This document shows, piece by piece, positions 1-14,800 of a stretch of DNA of 64,000 nucleotides. How positions within the stretch are numbered: the first letter of the stretch is position 1; each line of letters opens with the position of its first letter. The notes below the pieces were generated by a model, which worked only from the letters and a program-made list of their open reading frames with translations, did not search any database and was not told where the DNA came from. Both the position numbers and the translations under genes were made by a program. The DNA is from Podarcis cretensis (lineage: Eukaryota): NCBI GenBank assembly GCA_951804945.1, contig OX638154.1:31434001-31498000 (forward strand), given 5' to 3'.

Positions 1-2285
1 ATCAGAAGAAACTTCTAGAGTGCAGAATCTTGGCCCTCTGGGTTTTTTCAGACTACAACTCCATAGTGTTAGAAACTGAGATATGAAAGCTAAATGGCAC
101 ATTAAAGCTAGGTGATGGGTGCAACAATGGAATGTCTAGGTGTGTTTTTTTATAACAAGAATTCCGAAGCTGAAAATGAATGAACTGTAGCTAAAATATT
201 GTGTTCATTTTTTACATGGTCTTCTAGTCCTTCACCCGCTCCCCCCATATATTCTTAAGAGGGTCTCTTCTCCAGTCTTCAGAGAGTAGCTGGAAGTGGG
301 GAGGCAGAAAAATGTCTCCCTTTCCTTCTACTCTGCAGTTTTAATCTGAAATCTTAGGTGCAGTACTGCACCCAGAGCTCAGAAATTGCTCACTCTAGTG
401 AAATTCCCTATGACAAAATGTGCCTAGAACAGTGGGAGTTTTGAACACTGCAACTCCAACAATCCTTGATCATGCTTGTAATCTGGAGGGCCACAGGTTC
501 TGCACCCCTGCTGTAAGTGGCACTAGAAGTGTGTGACTTATTTCACCCAGTATATTTTGAAGTAAGACTCTTCATCAGAGGCACTGCGTATTTTTTGTGT
601 TGCAAGGTAAATGCATTCTATATTAGGCGTCTCATAACCTGACTGGCCAACTGTCCTTCAGCATTTCAAAACGTTTATGGGGCACCCATAATTTCAGTGC
701 TAAGAAAGTTGAGGGTTGTCATGGCTCAGAAGTGATATTCAATCTTCTTGAGAGTCATAGGATCCTGACGTATATAATTAATACTTAGCCTCTTGAATCC
801 AGTATATTAAGTACAAAGTGTCTAGTTTCCTTTTGCATATTTCATAACCAAATCTTTAATCTTAATAAAGCTTCCATTTAGTGGGAGGCTGGCTCTGGCA
901 ATGGAACCCCTTGTCAATACATGAGTGGCCGTAATGAATGGGTCTGTGATAGAGCTAACTAAAAGTTGTCTATAAATTAAACACAAGGTCATAGTTAAAA
1001 GCTTGGAGAGCAACATGTCTGTATCTTAAAGATAAATTTAGAAAAGCACATTCTTTTATTACTACAGAATCTTAATAGCTAGCTTGAACTAATATTGAAA
1101 CTAAGCTATTTCACACTAAAATATGGAGCTGCCTACTACATCAAAATCTTTTAAATCCTCTTCAATAGGAAGTTAAAAAAAACCCGTTTGTCTGTATAAG
1201 CTACAATTTTACAACTAATATGCGCAAAGACTGAGTAGTGATGCCGGTTGATATAATGTCTCGATCAGATAAGCTACAGGCAGCGCAGATTTTGCTTTTA
1301 AGTAGCCTATAGCTTTTAAAAGTTGCAATGTATTCAACTTCTATGCAGCCTTCACAAGGAGAGGCCACAGGCGTATATTATAGAGTCCTGTCCTCCTTAG
1401 TGATAGAGGGGTGGTTCGTGGTCCAGTCCTGTATGTTGTGCAATACAATTGCATCCTGTGCCACTACTGAAAGAATAGACTGGATGCCAGCCCTGATTCT
1501 TGCTCTGGGATAGCACCAGCTATTGGTGCTACTGTGTCAACTGATAGGGAGGACAGGGTGGCTTCCATAAGGTGCAGGAATGTGCAACGGCCATTTTCAA
1601 GGGCAGGAGGTGCCCCATAGTCCTATAGATAGCTTTGCTACAATTGTCTGGAATGTTCTCTGGGTGACATTGTTTCCTTTTACAATAGTTGCTTCTGTCT
1701 TTTTTAACCCCTTATCAGTCTTATCCCAAGTCTTTCTTTGAAATGGAAAAGAAGGGTAATATAAAAGGGTGTGTGGGGTGAATAAAAGTATCCATTCTTT
1801 TTAATTCACTTGACTTATATTTATGTAAGTGTGTTACTGTATTGAGTTTTCCCAGTGTGTATATTCAGTAAATATTAGTAAGTATATGTGTATCTTTAAA
1901 ATATTAATACATGGCAGGGGGAAAGCTTGCCCTGCAAATGTAAAGATCAGTAGACTATCCATGTCCTCTGCAAATGGCATTGCCTCAGAAGTGGAGAAAT
2001 GTTGTGGGAACTTTGCACCAACTTTGCAACATGCACGAACATACTTCTCATTCACATTAAAACTATAGTTTCTTTTAAAATGTCATTGCATTGCTCTTGA
2101 AATATGACTATTGTTTTGAAGAGAAGCATAGTAAAGTAGAACACTGGATGTTTTGTGCAGTACAATAGAGCGGAATTGTCGTTTTTTAAAGTAGTTTGCT
2201 TTAAATTTCAATATAGCCCAAAAATTAGGTGCTTTTTTTATTAAAATGCATCTATATAAAGTTATTATGTATCTAATTTTCACAG

Positions 2286-2343
2286 CTTCTAGTAGAAATA
2301 CTTATGAGACCAACTCTTATTACACAAAAGAAGAAGCAGAAAA
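2286..2343 (+). CDS. TRPC4AP: TRPC4AP coding exon (58 nt)
   Basis: cacag|LLVEILMRPTLITQKKKQK|gtaagt. Confidence 0.92.
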
Positions 2344-5300
2344 GTAAGTCAATAATATACTTCCTTCACCAAACCTTGTTTTGTTTCCTTCTCTTCTCGT
2401 ATCCTGATAAAATAATTGGTCACTAAACCAAGTACTGGTAGCAATACTTGTTTGCTAACATTGTGTGTGTGTTTTAATGATGTATGAAAATGAAGTTTTA
2501 CCACACAGTTTCTTAACTTTTATGGTTGCAGAGGTGATAAATGCTGGTAAACCATGTTTGTTTATGGGATTAAATACTGCACAATAAACAAAGTATATAG
2601 GCAGTGAACATAGCACATCCATAAAACATCATTAGACTACTTAATAACATCTGGATAGTGATGCACAATAACCAGTGTGTTAGAGGACCCGCTCCCCAAA
2701 CCCTGGAGGCAAGCCCAAGTCTTGTTGGGTAGCAGTAGCCAAATGACCAGAATTAAACACCAACCACTGTCATCACTCCTGTGAGTCCACCAGTTTTGGC
2801 TAGGAAAATCACAGAGCTTTACAGAACGTCACCTAAGATTTGAGGAACAAAATACTAAGAACCAGATTTTCTGTTCCAACAATACATAAGCCTCCAGGAG
2901 GTTATTCAGTAGCAGTTTGTCTGAGCAGCCAAGTCCATGGATTTAGTTCTAGAAATCTTACTCAGAAGAACGCACAGGAAATAGGTGAAGTAGATTTCTT
3001 AAAAATTAAATTAAAAATAGCTTTTTTAAAAAAATAGACTCCAGTATCCCAGTGAAAGTATAAAAACAAAAAACCATTGTTAAGACTACAGTTGTGAATT
3101 ACAAGACAGAATACAAAGCAACAAAAGCTAGCTTTCTTAAGCTAATATAAACAATATCAGCAAATGGACCAGCGCTGCTTACTTATAATAATAGGTACAG
3201 AGTTTCACAATCCAGACAAGCTAAATGCCCTTTCATTTAGAAGCAAGGCTAGAATCACATGGCATATATATAGGCTCATAAGGTAATAAAAGGAAGTCAA
3301 AGTCTCAGTTTCTTGTTTCATATGGTGTTCAGAACAGGAATATCACATGATATCTGCAGTATTTCTGTCAGCCATATAAACTTGATGTGAACGGATTGCC
3401 TACCTGCTCTAATAATAGTTGTCGTTCCTCTGTGTGTTCAACTTCGATCAGATCTCATTTTTATTAGATTTTAGCAGCTGAGATACTTCCTGGATTTTTT
3501 CATTTGGGCTGTTAAATAGTGTGGTGACATATGTCTTTGTTTGTGGTTGATTGTTCAGGAAGCATTAATCAGTTTTTTCTATTGCAGTAAGCGATGACCT
3601 CATCAAGGATTGTTTAAGCATATTGTACAACACTTGCATATGTGTAAGTTATATTTTCTGTTCTGTCAATAATTTTTGTTTTGTGATACAGCTAGGTTTA
3701 GGGGATTCTTGGTCTGACAGAGAAAAACATTCAAAGCATTAAATTAATGTTGCATGCTGTAATATTCTTGATGCTAAAATTTCTATTGCATTTCACAAAT
3801 TGCAGTGCAGCAAACCTGTTGCTGCTTGCATTTTGTCTAAACATCTTTTAAGTAAGGACTCATTGCTGTTTATTTTGCTGAAGTGTTTTAAGCCTTAATG
3901 CAGTGGCTTACTGTGGGAATCTTGGTCAGCATTCCCTGTTTAAGACTCTTTTCAGTTATGTATGCTTTTTAAATTTTGTTCTGGAACTGTATGAGTCATT
4001 TTATGTTAGTGGTAGTATTTGGACTGGGTTTTTTTTAAAAAAAAATAGAAACTTTTTATCAATGTAAAATTAGTGTTGAAAACTAGAGTTGAGTTCATGA
4101 CATTAAATGTTGCATGAAAACAAACCAATAATTCCTTTCATTCACATTACATTTGTATGCATTGGCAAGACTATTGGATACTTTACTTAGCTGGTATGCA
4201 CTTTTATACTCACGTCATTTGAGCAGCCTAGCTTTCCCTGTTGAGAATTTATTGCTCTTCTACTTAAAGGCAAAGAAAGCTGGAAAGGTTCAGAATCCTA
4301 TGTGGAAGGAAGGCACTTTTCTCCATTCCTTTTTTAATTTCCACTTTGCCGCCTCCTGGGAGAGCTCTGTTTTTCTATATTATTTTAAAATTATATGTTA
4401 TGTTTGTCTCAGCAGTGTTAGCTTTTGCTCATGTGTATATGTGGTTTCTCATTATTGTAGACTGAAGGAGTCACTAAACGATTGGCAGAAAGAAATGATT
4501 TTGTATTGTTCTTGTTTACATTGATGACAAATAAAAAGACATTCCTGCAAACAGCCACCCTTATAGAAGACATCCTGGGAGTAAAAAAGGTTTGTTGATA
4601 ATGTAGCCTATACCATCATGTTCTCATTTAATCTTGAAAACTCTTTAACAGCTTGTAAGTAGAAGTCCCTTCTCAGTTCAGTAACTGGGAAAAAAAATAT
4701 TGTATCCTAAATGGAAAAAGCCATATTACTTGCTCCTAGCCTGTCTTTCCTTTGTAATGTTTAAGAGTATCTTGGCAGCACCTCTCCTAACTGTAAAATG
4801 AAATTTTGGGAAGGCATCATGTAATAGCAAGGCTGGGTACTTTTTATTGAGCCTGCTGAAGTGAGTCCCCATTATACATCTCTGCATGCACTGCTTTGAT
4901 TACCCCATTCACGCCTTAGCTTTCTGGTCTCAAATAAAGTAATGTTGTGGGTAGCACTATGCCCACTTCTGGATACTGGAATTTACAAAGAAAATGGTGA
5001 AGCAAGTGTGTCCAGAGAATAGTGACTAGGGTGGTGTACAGGGTCTGGAGGGACAGTTGGAAAATGGGTAGGTTTGGTGTGGATAAGAAAAGGTTAAGGG
5101 GAGACATGTCTGCTGCCTTCAAATACCTGAAGGGCTATTGCATGCATTGTTTTTTGTTGTTTGAGAGCTAAGAGCTGTTGGACAGTGGAATGGACTGCCT
5201 TGGGTGGTGGTGGGCTTGCCTTCATTGGAAATATTTAAGCAGAAGCTGGGCAACCAGTTGTTGGGGATGCTGTATTTAAGTTCTGCATTGCAGATCCTTC

Positions 5301-8300
5301 TTTGATTAGGAAGTTGGATTAGGTGATCTCCAAGGTCTCTTCTGATTCTGAAATTCTGTGATTCAATTTTTTTATCATGAGCTTGGAAATGCATTTATTT
5401 AGCACTTAAGTTTTATCAGCAGATTTAATTAGATCTCCCTTTTCCCAGTTAAAATAATAGCCGAGGCTTTCAAGAGAGAAAGAGGGGAGTTTTTAAAGAT
5501 GAGACATTATTTCCTGACCCCCATTATGTTTGCTATTTAAACTGTATTTGGGTTTGCACAGAGACAAATATAGCATAAAGGTAAATGCTATTATTTATTT
5601 GTAGTACACAAGCTAAAAACTTTGGATGTAATGTTTCATGAAACTTGTACACTTTCAGGAATCTGAGGAGTTTACTTATGTTCTCTAACTTGTGAGATTA
5701 GTTGTCAGTTGCTATCAATACTTTTCAGCATTGTGCCATTTTAAAAAATTGCTTAGCAAAGAGTAATTTACCAGTTATAATTTTAAAATATGTTCCCAAA
5801 GGTATAATTCATTCAAATTAAAATGAGATACAAGAAATAGAAGGAAAACCAAGAAGCAGGGGACTGCAGCCAGTCTCATTTTATACCCTGCACTCTCATA
5901 AATGGTGCACAGATGTCCTTGAGACTCTGCAAAATGTTTAAGCTAGAAGCATATTGCAAAACTGTTCTTTTCAATATTCAGTATTATTATTTTAGCTGCT
6001 AGTGCTAAAAGAATTAAATTCTTTTAATTTTCTAGAAGTCCAGAAAGTGGGGAGGTAGCTTCATACCCCCATCTAATTAAAGAAAAATAATAAATTATTC
6101 CTGCAATTAATAATTTCCAGCCAATCGGCATGGAACAATATGCAGTTTTGTGGTGAAGTACAGTATAATTTGTGGACTGTTTATTAATGTTAATAATATA
6201 TCAGAAGTAAGTGTTGATAACTGCTAAGAGGGTCTAGACGCCTTTGCTGCTGTGCAGCATGATCTCTCAAGGTTGTTGTATGGCCCAACTAATACATTAC
6301 TTAGATAGAATAGGAGCCCCTGGAAAACTGTTCTCCTATGATAGGCTTCCATGTTGCCTAGGTAAAGTATTCTGTTCCCGCCCCAACTTGTCAAGGTTGA
6401 TAGCAACAGCCCCACATGATCAGAACTTCTGTACTTTGCTGGGGTGACTCCTTTGTACAGACGTATACAAATCATTAGATCCATTTTAAGTACTTGCTAT
6501 ACAGAATCTAATGAGCCACATAGCAAGTAATATAAAAAGTAAAACGGTTACAGTAAGCCCACAACTTGCATGCAATTAACTTGTGCCCATTCAGTTTTAC
6601 ATGCTTGGCAGAAAAATACTTTTTTTCAATAGAAAGGGGGTGGGTGTCTGGGAAATCCCAGCTGCCATTGAGCTCAATGTGTTTTGACTAGATGTGATTT
6701 TGGCTGTAGGCATGATCCCTGTAACATAGCGCCACATAAATTGCAGACTTACTGTAGTTATGTTAATGTTCTTCAGAGTGGTAAATTAAAAGATTCCTAT
6801 CTCTATATAATGCCCTATCTAGGAGTTTGCTAAAAAGTGTTAAGTGAGGTGAGGACAGAGGTGCACACCAGCTCCTTTTCAGACCTTCAGCTGAGTGCAT
6901 CTTAGGTTCCTGACTTCAAATGCACTTTGAATTGAATATTAATGCAGTTAGACTCCTCCTTGTAAATGGGAACCCTGGTTTCCCTATCAGTATTCTAAGC
7001 ACATTCAGCTGAATATGTTCAGGATTCCCCTTTGTCATAGGGACAAAATGAAGTGCAGGTTAGCATGTTTAGGGACATTGAGATCAGTGCTGCCTTTCTC
7101 CACTTCTAGCTAGTGGTTTCAGATGGAGATCAGAATAGGCTTTTAATCTGCAAGAATCTTGGAAATAATATCTTTGCTAAAAAAAAATTAAAAATCATCT
7201 ATGGGTCACTAACAGTCAGCATATCGCTTGTCATGTTTTAGGAAATGATTCAGTTGGAGGATATTCCAAACCTCTCCAGTCTAGTCTCTAGCTTTGACCA
7301 ACAGCAGCTTGCAAACTTCTGCAGGATCCTTGCAGTTACAATTTCAGAACTGGACACAGGCAGTGATGACAAACATACACTTCTTGCAAAAAATGCTCAG
7401 CAGAAAAAGAACATGGGTCCTTCTCGGGCGGAAATTAATCAAGGTAAAGCATCCTGTTTCTGAAATTAATATGTACTCAGATTGATATGTACTCAGTTAA
7501 AGTATTTTAAGATGGAAGTAAACTTGATTTCGTTTGGATTTCTAATAATAGTTGTTCCATCAATTTAACATTTGTTAATCCTATTTGCTTCTTGTCATAG
7601 CTGCACTCCTCAATATACCAGGCTTCATTGAACGGCTGTGTAAACTAGCAACCAGAAAAGTTTCAGAAACAACAGGAACTTCAAGTTTCCTTCAAGAATT
7701 GGAGGAGTGGTACACCTGGCTAGATAATGCACTTGTACTTGATGCACTAATGCGTGTGGCAGGTGAAGAGACAGAGCAAAGCAGCACAGGTACCTGCTTT
7801 TAAATTTACTGGAACAGCCATTTAATAATCTGGTAGCTTTATCACCTGTAGATCTGCGTGTGGCCTTGTCTTGCACTGTACTCTTGCTTTGACATTTTCG
7901 TACTGGAATGGAAGCATGTGTGCAGCAGTCCCTAAAGACCGAAAAGACTTGTGCAAATACCTCAGGATGGTATATTCAGTTTCTGCTACATTGGAGAAAC
8001 TTAACATCTTCTCATTTCCTACATTTTTGTTGCATTGATAACTATTATATAACTACCTCGTTGCCCTTTTTTTGTCTTTTAGAATCTTCAGATGAGAGTG
8101 GATTTGCCTCTACTTCACCAAGGAATCAACTTCCACAGACCATGAAGATTATGCATGAGATTATGTATAAACTGGAAGTTTTGTATGTCCTCTGTGTGCT
8201 TTTAATGGGCAGGCAAAGGAATCAGGTGAGATTCTGCATCAGAAGTGTATAGTGAATTGCAAGCAGTGGCTCTGAAAATTCAAATGGGGGTCCAGCTATT

Positions 8301-8793
8301 TAAAATCCTACAATCTTTTCAAACTCTAGACCACTAATAATCTTATCTTGTAGGAAATGGATGCTTGTTGATTCATGTATCTTGCACAGTGATCAGCTAT
8401 AAGGTTTTTGGTTGGTGATCTAGTAAGACTTTAATTTGTATGTGCCTTTATGTACTTTTCTATTTGGCAAGTACTTTGCATTAAGATAGGCAGCAGTTAA
8501 GGCACCCTGCTTTATGCAAATACTTTGAAATGAGGCTTTTGGCTAAGGAAGTCCATGCCATGTTTTATGCCAGTCTATTTTGGGATCAACAAACTCACAC
8601 TAAAAAGTTTCACTTTAAATTTTGAAATTTGGTGCATTATTGAAAACAAGTAGATTAAAATGAAGGGTGCAGCCACTGCAGAAGCACTCTTGAAACAACA
8701 TTTTCTTCATTCCTATTCATTCCTGTGGGGTGTGCAGAATAGAAATCTCTAATGGATATTGCTGGATATTGAAATATATATTTTTCAGAGTTA

Positions 8794-8828
<35 letters not shown>

Positions 8829-11800
8829 TATGATTTTTATATTTATATATATAATGGGCTATATTTTGTGGGGAGGTGGGGGAGCTTTAAAGAATAAACT
8901 GGAAGATCTTAAAAATATACCTGTAGTGAATATACCTGATTATTCTTCTTGCCTAGGTTCACAAGATGATTGCAGAATTCAGATTGATCCCTGGCCTTAA
9001 TAATTTGTTTGATAAATTGATCTGGCGGAAGCATTCAGCATCAGCCCTTGTTCTGCATGGGCATAATCAAAACTGTGACTGTAGCCCGGTGAGTATTAGG
9101 TTTAAGCTGCTGCATAGAGTATGTTCTTTTGGAATGGCCCTTAAGAGCTCGTATGTAATAGCTGTTAATAATGTTGATAGCTAGCCTCTTCAGTTGTTTT
9201 TCATACTAGTATTTTTTTCTGATTGCAATGGTAACAGCATCACTCTCTAAAATGGCTTAAATATTTTTTAAAGCCTGGAAGTTGTGAGTTGATGTTTCTA
9301 CCAGTCTGCTAGGAAGGATATTATGTAATGTTTCTTATAAAATAAATTCTCAACTTCTTTCTTCTGTAGGATATTACATTGAAGATTCAGTTTTTGAGGC
9401 TACTTCAGAGTTTTAGTGATCACCATGAGTGAGTATAGAATATGTTTGCCATAAACTTTGTGGTGGCACTTCATGTATTGCTGAATTGATGGAACATCAT
9501 ATTTGAAGTAACTCGGATAATTTAGAACCTCCTTAAAAGTAACATACAAAGAATATGTAATAGTTTTGATCATGTTTTGCTGTTACACTTCCAAGAAGTG
9601 AGTGAAAAGATATTGGGAGGTATTTGTAAAGCACATTTTGGGAGAGACTATTCAGTGGCTGCCATGCAAGGGACCAAAAAATGGAATACAGCTGTTTAGA
9701 CTAGTTTTGTCAGAGGACACTTCCACAGGCACTATGTGCATGAATTTTGAGATCCTAAACAGATTGCCCCAAATCTAAACTTATATTTAGGGCATTCTTT
9801 ATCAAAAAGTTTAGGGGAAAAGGAACTGGAATTGTGAAACTTGGCCTTCTGCTATTTTAAAGGTAAAGGTAAAGGTACCCCTGCCCGTATGGGCCAGTCT
9901 TGACAGACTCTGGGGTTGTGCGCCCATCTCACTCAAGAGGCCGAGGGCCAGCGCTGTCCGGAGACACTTCCGGGTCACGTGGCCAGCGTGACATCGCTGC
10001 TCTGGCGAGCCAGAGCCGCACACGGAAACGCCGTTTACCTTCCCGCCAGTAAGCGGTCCCTATTTATCTACTTGCACCCGGGGTGCTTTCGAACTGCTAG
10101 GTTGGCAGGCGCTGGGACCGAGCAGCGGGAGCGCACCCCGCCGCGGGGATTCGAACTGCTGACCTTTTGATCGGCAAGCCCTAGGCGCTGAGGCTTTTAC
10201 CCACAGCGCCACCCGCGTCTGCTATTTTAGGAGTTCCTTTTTCACAATTTCCTTTAATATGACAGTATTCAGCTAAATAATTACGCAAGCAGAATGATTC
10301 CTGCTTGCGCAACAGAAGTTTGCCCCCCCACACATACACACCATCCCCAAATCTGTTCTAAAGTGTTGGGGGGAAACCCCAGAACAGGGGGAGATTGGGG
10401 AAGGGGAGACATTATGTTGCACAAGCGGAAGTCATTCTGCTTGTGCAAGGAACTACCTAATGCTACTTTGAATGCAACCTGTAATTTATTCTGTGGGTTC
10501 ATTCTATGGATTCTCAGGGCTCAAACCCAAATTGTGAGATTATTTGTCCAATATAGAGTTAAGTTTTTGTAAAACTGAATAGAACCTTGATACCACAGAA
10601 GAACCAGCATAGTTGTGTGCATTTTTGCAAAGGGAATATAGATGATGCATTAAAGAATCAATGTTTGTAATCACTCCTTCTGTCCTGATTTTTATAATAG
10701 GAACAAGTATCTGCTTCTAAACAGCCAAGAGCTTAATGAACTGAGTGCAATATCCCTCAAAGCCAACATCCCTGAAGTAGAGGCAGTTGTCAACACAGAC
10801 AGGTAGAGAGAAGTGCATGTATGTTTGTATCATTTGTTCTTTCTGAAAGTATGGCAAGTATCCTATTTTACCAGGCCTGTCTCTTGAACCCTTGCAATAA
10901 GTTGGGTTATCTCTAACTTTGTTAGTATGTTGAACTAGCAAAAACGTGAATCACTCACACAATGCAATGGCATCTTTCTGAAGTGTATATTGGACATCTG
11001 GGTGGGGCCACATATGCCCTTTAGGGATTGCTTGCAGTCCTTTACAATCTGCTTCTACCCCTAAAGCCAACTCTGTCCCTTTTGAGGCAGAACTTAGGTC
11101 TGTTTATTCAGACCTGTGAACACTTAGCAGCCAATGTTGGCTGGAGAGTGAATGCATAAGCGATGGATTTTGAGAGTGGAGGTTGCAAATCATAGGTAAT
11201 TTTGATAACTGATGGCAACATTCATGGGAAGCAGGAAAAGGATCACATAGGACTTCATAAGGAATTTAATTAGCATATTTAAAGTATGCATACACTTATA
11301 CAAATGAACATATTTATTTATATAATGCCCTTTATACCTATATTTCTGCTTAAATATTTATTACATACAAATTCCAAATTGGGTCACGCTGACTTCCTAG
11401 TGAATTGCTGCACATTCTGTTTATGAATGTAGCTTGTGCAATGCTTTATGTTACCCCGTTTGAGGTATGGGACATTCTTGCCATCTAAGAGGGAACAAGT
11501 TTCACAGCTTCACCCTTTTCATAAAAATAACAGAATGAGTTTGTGGGCAATAGCAGCATACATTATTTTTTAAAAAAACAAAACAAGTAGTAGCAAGATG
11601 TGGTCCTTACTGCCCCCTTTCCAAGTTATTTGGCCTGGAAAATAACGTTGCTGTAGATGTCAGTTTGAAGGACAAAGGTGCAAGCAAATGGACTTCAACC
11701 CTCAGATTCCTAACATTTGAGGATTCATGGGACTGATTATCGTTCATTTGCCTAGCAGAGAGTTCAGTTGATATGGAATGATAAACCGGGTAAGGTGGCC

Positions 11801-14800
11801 TCTGTGTTTTAGCCACAGGCCAACACCATTCTGCTTTTGCTTGTTTTCATAACTTCCCTATAATTACACATTGTGTAATCTTGTACATCTAGAGACATGT
11901 GGAACATATAAGTATTTCCATATTGGCTACCAAAAAACCCTGGGTGTAAAACTTTTTTAAAAAAATTGAACTAACATCTGTTGGGTTAGAATATGCAAGT
12001 TCTGAGTTTGTACAGTTCTGAATGCTGTGTAATGGAAAAGTAACAACCCGTTCTTGTGCATGTAAGCTCAGAAATATCCTACATTCAGTGAGGCTTAGAT
12101 TTAGACTAGTCAGGTTTTATTTTATTCATAAAATATATACACCACTTGATTACAAAAACAAAACAAAACCTCAAAGCGGTTTGCAAAAAGCTAAAACAAT
12201 AAAATTTGTAGTATCTGTTTGTGTGAGAGAGCACAAGGTTTTTACAAATGCAGGTTTTCTTCTTGGGCACTTAAGATTCAATCCCATTGAAAAGGTTTTT
12301 AGAATTACAATAGAAAATTCATTCACCAGCAGGGGGTGTTAGACTGTAATGTTCCATGGAGTCACAGTATGTTCAAAATACACCATCCATTTTGAAATGG
12401 TTGTAGCATTGCAAAAGCTTGGCATAGTTTACTCAGGTATTGCTGTACAGAACTGCTAGATATTTTCTTAATAAATTCCCCTTCAACCCATTGGTTTACT
12501 CATTGTAATTTCTCCCCATGTTTTAGGAATTTAGTCTGTGATGGGAAAAGAGGCTTGCTGACCAGACTTCTTCAGGTAATGAAGAAAGAGCCAGCGGAAT
12601 CATCATTCAGGTGGGCTCTGTTATTACTACATTAAGCATCGTGTTCTGTTGTAGGAAAACTTGATCTTCAGAGTCCAGAGAGAAAGTGGATCCTTGCCAA
12701 CTATTAAAAAACTTCAGTTTTGATTAGTTTTGTCCTTTAATTGAAAAAAATTGAGGCCAGCAGTGCTCAGGGATAGGAAACCTTCTCTCAACATGGTTTC
12801 TACCCTGCCCATGACCTTAAAGTTGCCTAGTCTCCAAAGATGTCTTAGTTGTTTAAGCTTTGAATCCTAACTAGTGATACACATAAGGAAGATCCACATA
12901 TATAGCCAGTTTTGCTTTGCTTTCCTTTAACTGTTCTCACTATCAAAAGAGCATGTCACATAAAACTTTCCACTTTTTATTTACAATTAACCAGATGTTT
13001 CTTTCTTAATATAAGGTGTTAATTTTATTTTATGCACCAGGTTTTGGCAAGCCAGGGCAGTTGAAAGTTTCTTACGAGGCGCTACTTCTTATGCAGATCA
13101 GATGTTCCTGCTAAAGAGAGGGCTCCTAGAGGTATTCTAAATGTTTACTAAATACATATGTTTGTGAAGCGTGCTTCTAAACCCTTAAACCCTTGATTTC
13201 TTAGAGAACATGGAGTCTTTACTAAGAGTTAATCAACTTGTTAGACATTGTCATAATCTAGGGTTCAGTCTAAGCTTCTGAAGTTTGTCACTTTACTGTG
13301 CTCTGTGTCTCTGAAACACCACAGTTATAAATTATCAGGCTTAATCCCCTAGCAAGTCAAAACACCTTCCTGTAACAAGTATAGGAAGTCAAAGCCATTT
13401 TATTTCTGCCTGCAGAAAGCAAAATGTGAAGCTTATTGTCTTTATGGTAATATTTTTCTCCTTGCCAGCATATTCTCTACTGCATTGTAGACAGCGAATG
13501 CAAGTCACGAGATGTGCTTCAGAGTTACTTTGATCTTCTGGGAGAACTGATGAAATTCAACATAGATGCTTTCAAGAGGTTTAATAAATACATCAATACG
13601 GATGAAAAGGTAAACCTAAACCCCCAGAGTCCCAAATGAATCCTCAGCCTTATAATATATTGGATGCTGGCAAAGCCTAATCACTCTACTTTTTTAGTTT
13701 CAGATATTTTTGAATCAGATCAACAGCTCACTGGTTGATTCCAACATGCTGGTTCGTTGTATTACTTTGTCTCTAGATCGATTTGAGAGCCAGTCAGATA
13801 TTAAAGGTAACTTTGTGGTCTGTTCTGAGACCAAGAAATTGTTTTTAAAATATGGGCAACTGTGTCTATAACCATCAGGGATGTGGTGGCTTCTGAAAAT
13901 CCTTTTGGAATTATTGGGTGCAATGATTGGTTCCTGGTCCATGGCGAGCAGGTACATACAGGGTCTGGCTTTTTCCCCATGCCGATTAGCAGTGGCATAT
14001 TTGCTGCACAGCCAGCAACTTCAGAAAGATTTTCAGCAGCCACTAAGGCTTAGATGAATTGATGATAACAAACAGGTAAAACTCCTAGTATCTGTTCACA
14101 ATAGATAAGCACCCATTGTTGCTACTGCTTCTGTTTTTGTCTGAGTTTCTTTGAAGTTAAAAAAGTGGTAATTTTAATCGGCACTTCATGTGGTTGCTTT
14201 TCTCAATTAACGAACAGTGGATAGAAACAAATATTGGCAAAGCTGTTAGTCCTTTCAAAAATGATTCTTGGCTCAGCTCTTTCAACCTAACAAATGGCTT
14301 GTCTCCTACAGTGGCAGAAGTCCTGTCTGAGTGCCGCCTGTTATCCTACATGTCACAGATGTCCATGAGGATGTCCTTCCTTTTCCGGCTTATTAATATT
14401 ATTCATGTGCAGACGCTCACACAGGTAAAAAGCTGGCACTGATCTCCCATGGAGCATGTGTAAATAGATTTTGTATCCAATGTGATGTTTTCCTTTAAGT
14501 TCCTAACCTGTTGGACTCTAGTGTTCCATAAATGGACTCTGGGAATATCTGTTAGTTTGAGCCTTTTATATTTTTTTATCCTTATTTTCTTTACTATAGG
14601 AAAATGTAAGTTGTCTGAACACAAGTCTGGTTATCTTAATGCTGGCCCGAAGGAAGGACAAACTTCCCTTCTATCTTCAGACACTGCAAGAGATGGAATA
14701 CACCAAGAAATACCCTGGATTTATCCTGAATAATTTTCACAGTCTTCTGCGTTTCTGGCAACAGCATTACCTCAATAAGGACAAGGACAGCACCTGCTTA

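Noticed and set aside
1-2285. Short ORFs (822-1016, 1328-1513, 1829-2068 etc.) as genes or upstream TRPC4AP exons
   Set aside because: No recognisable TRPC4AP or other protein similarity; AT-rich intron with repeat remnants
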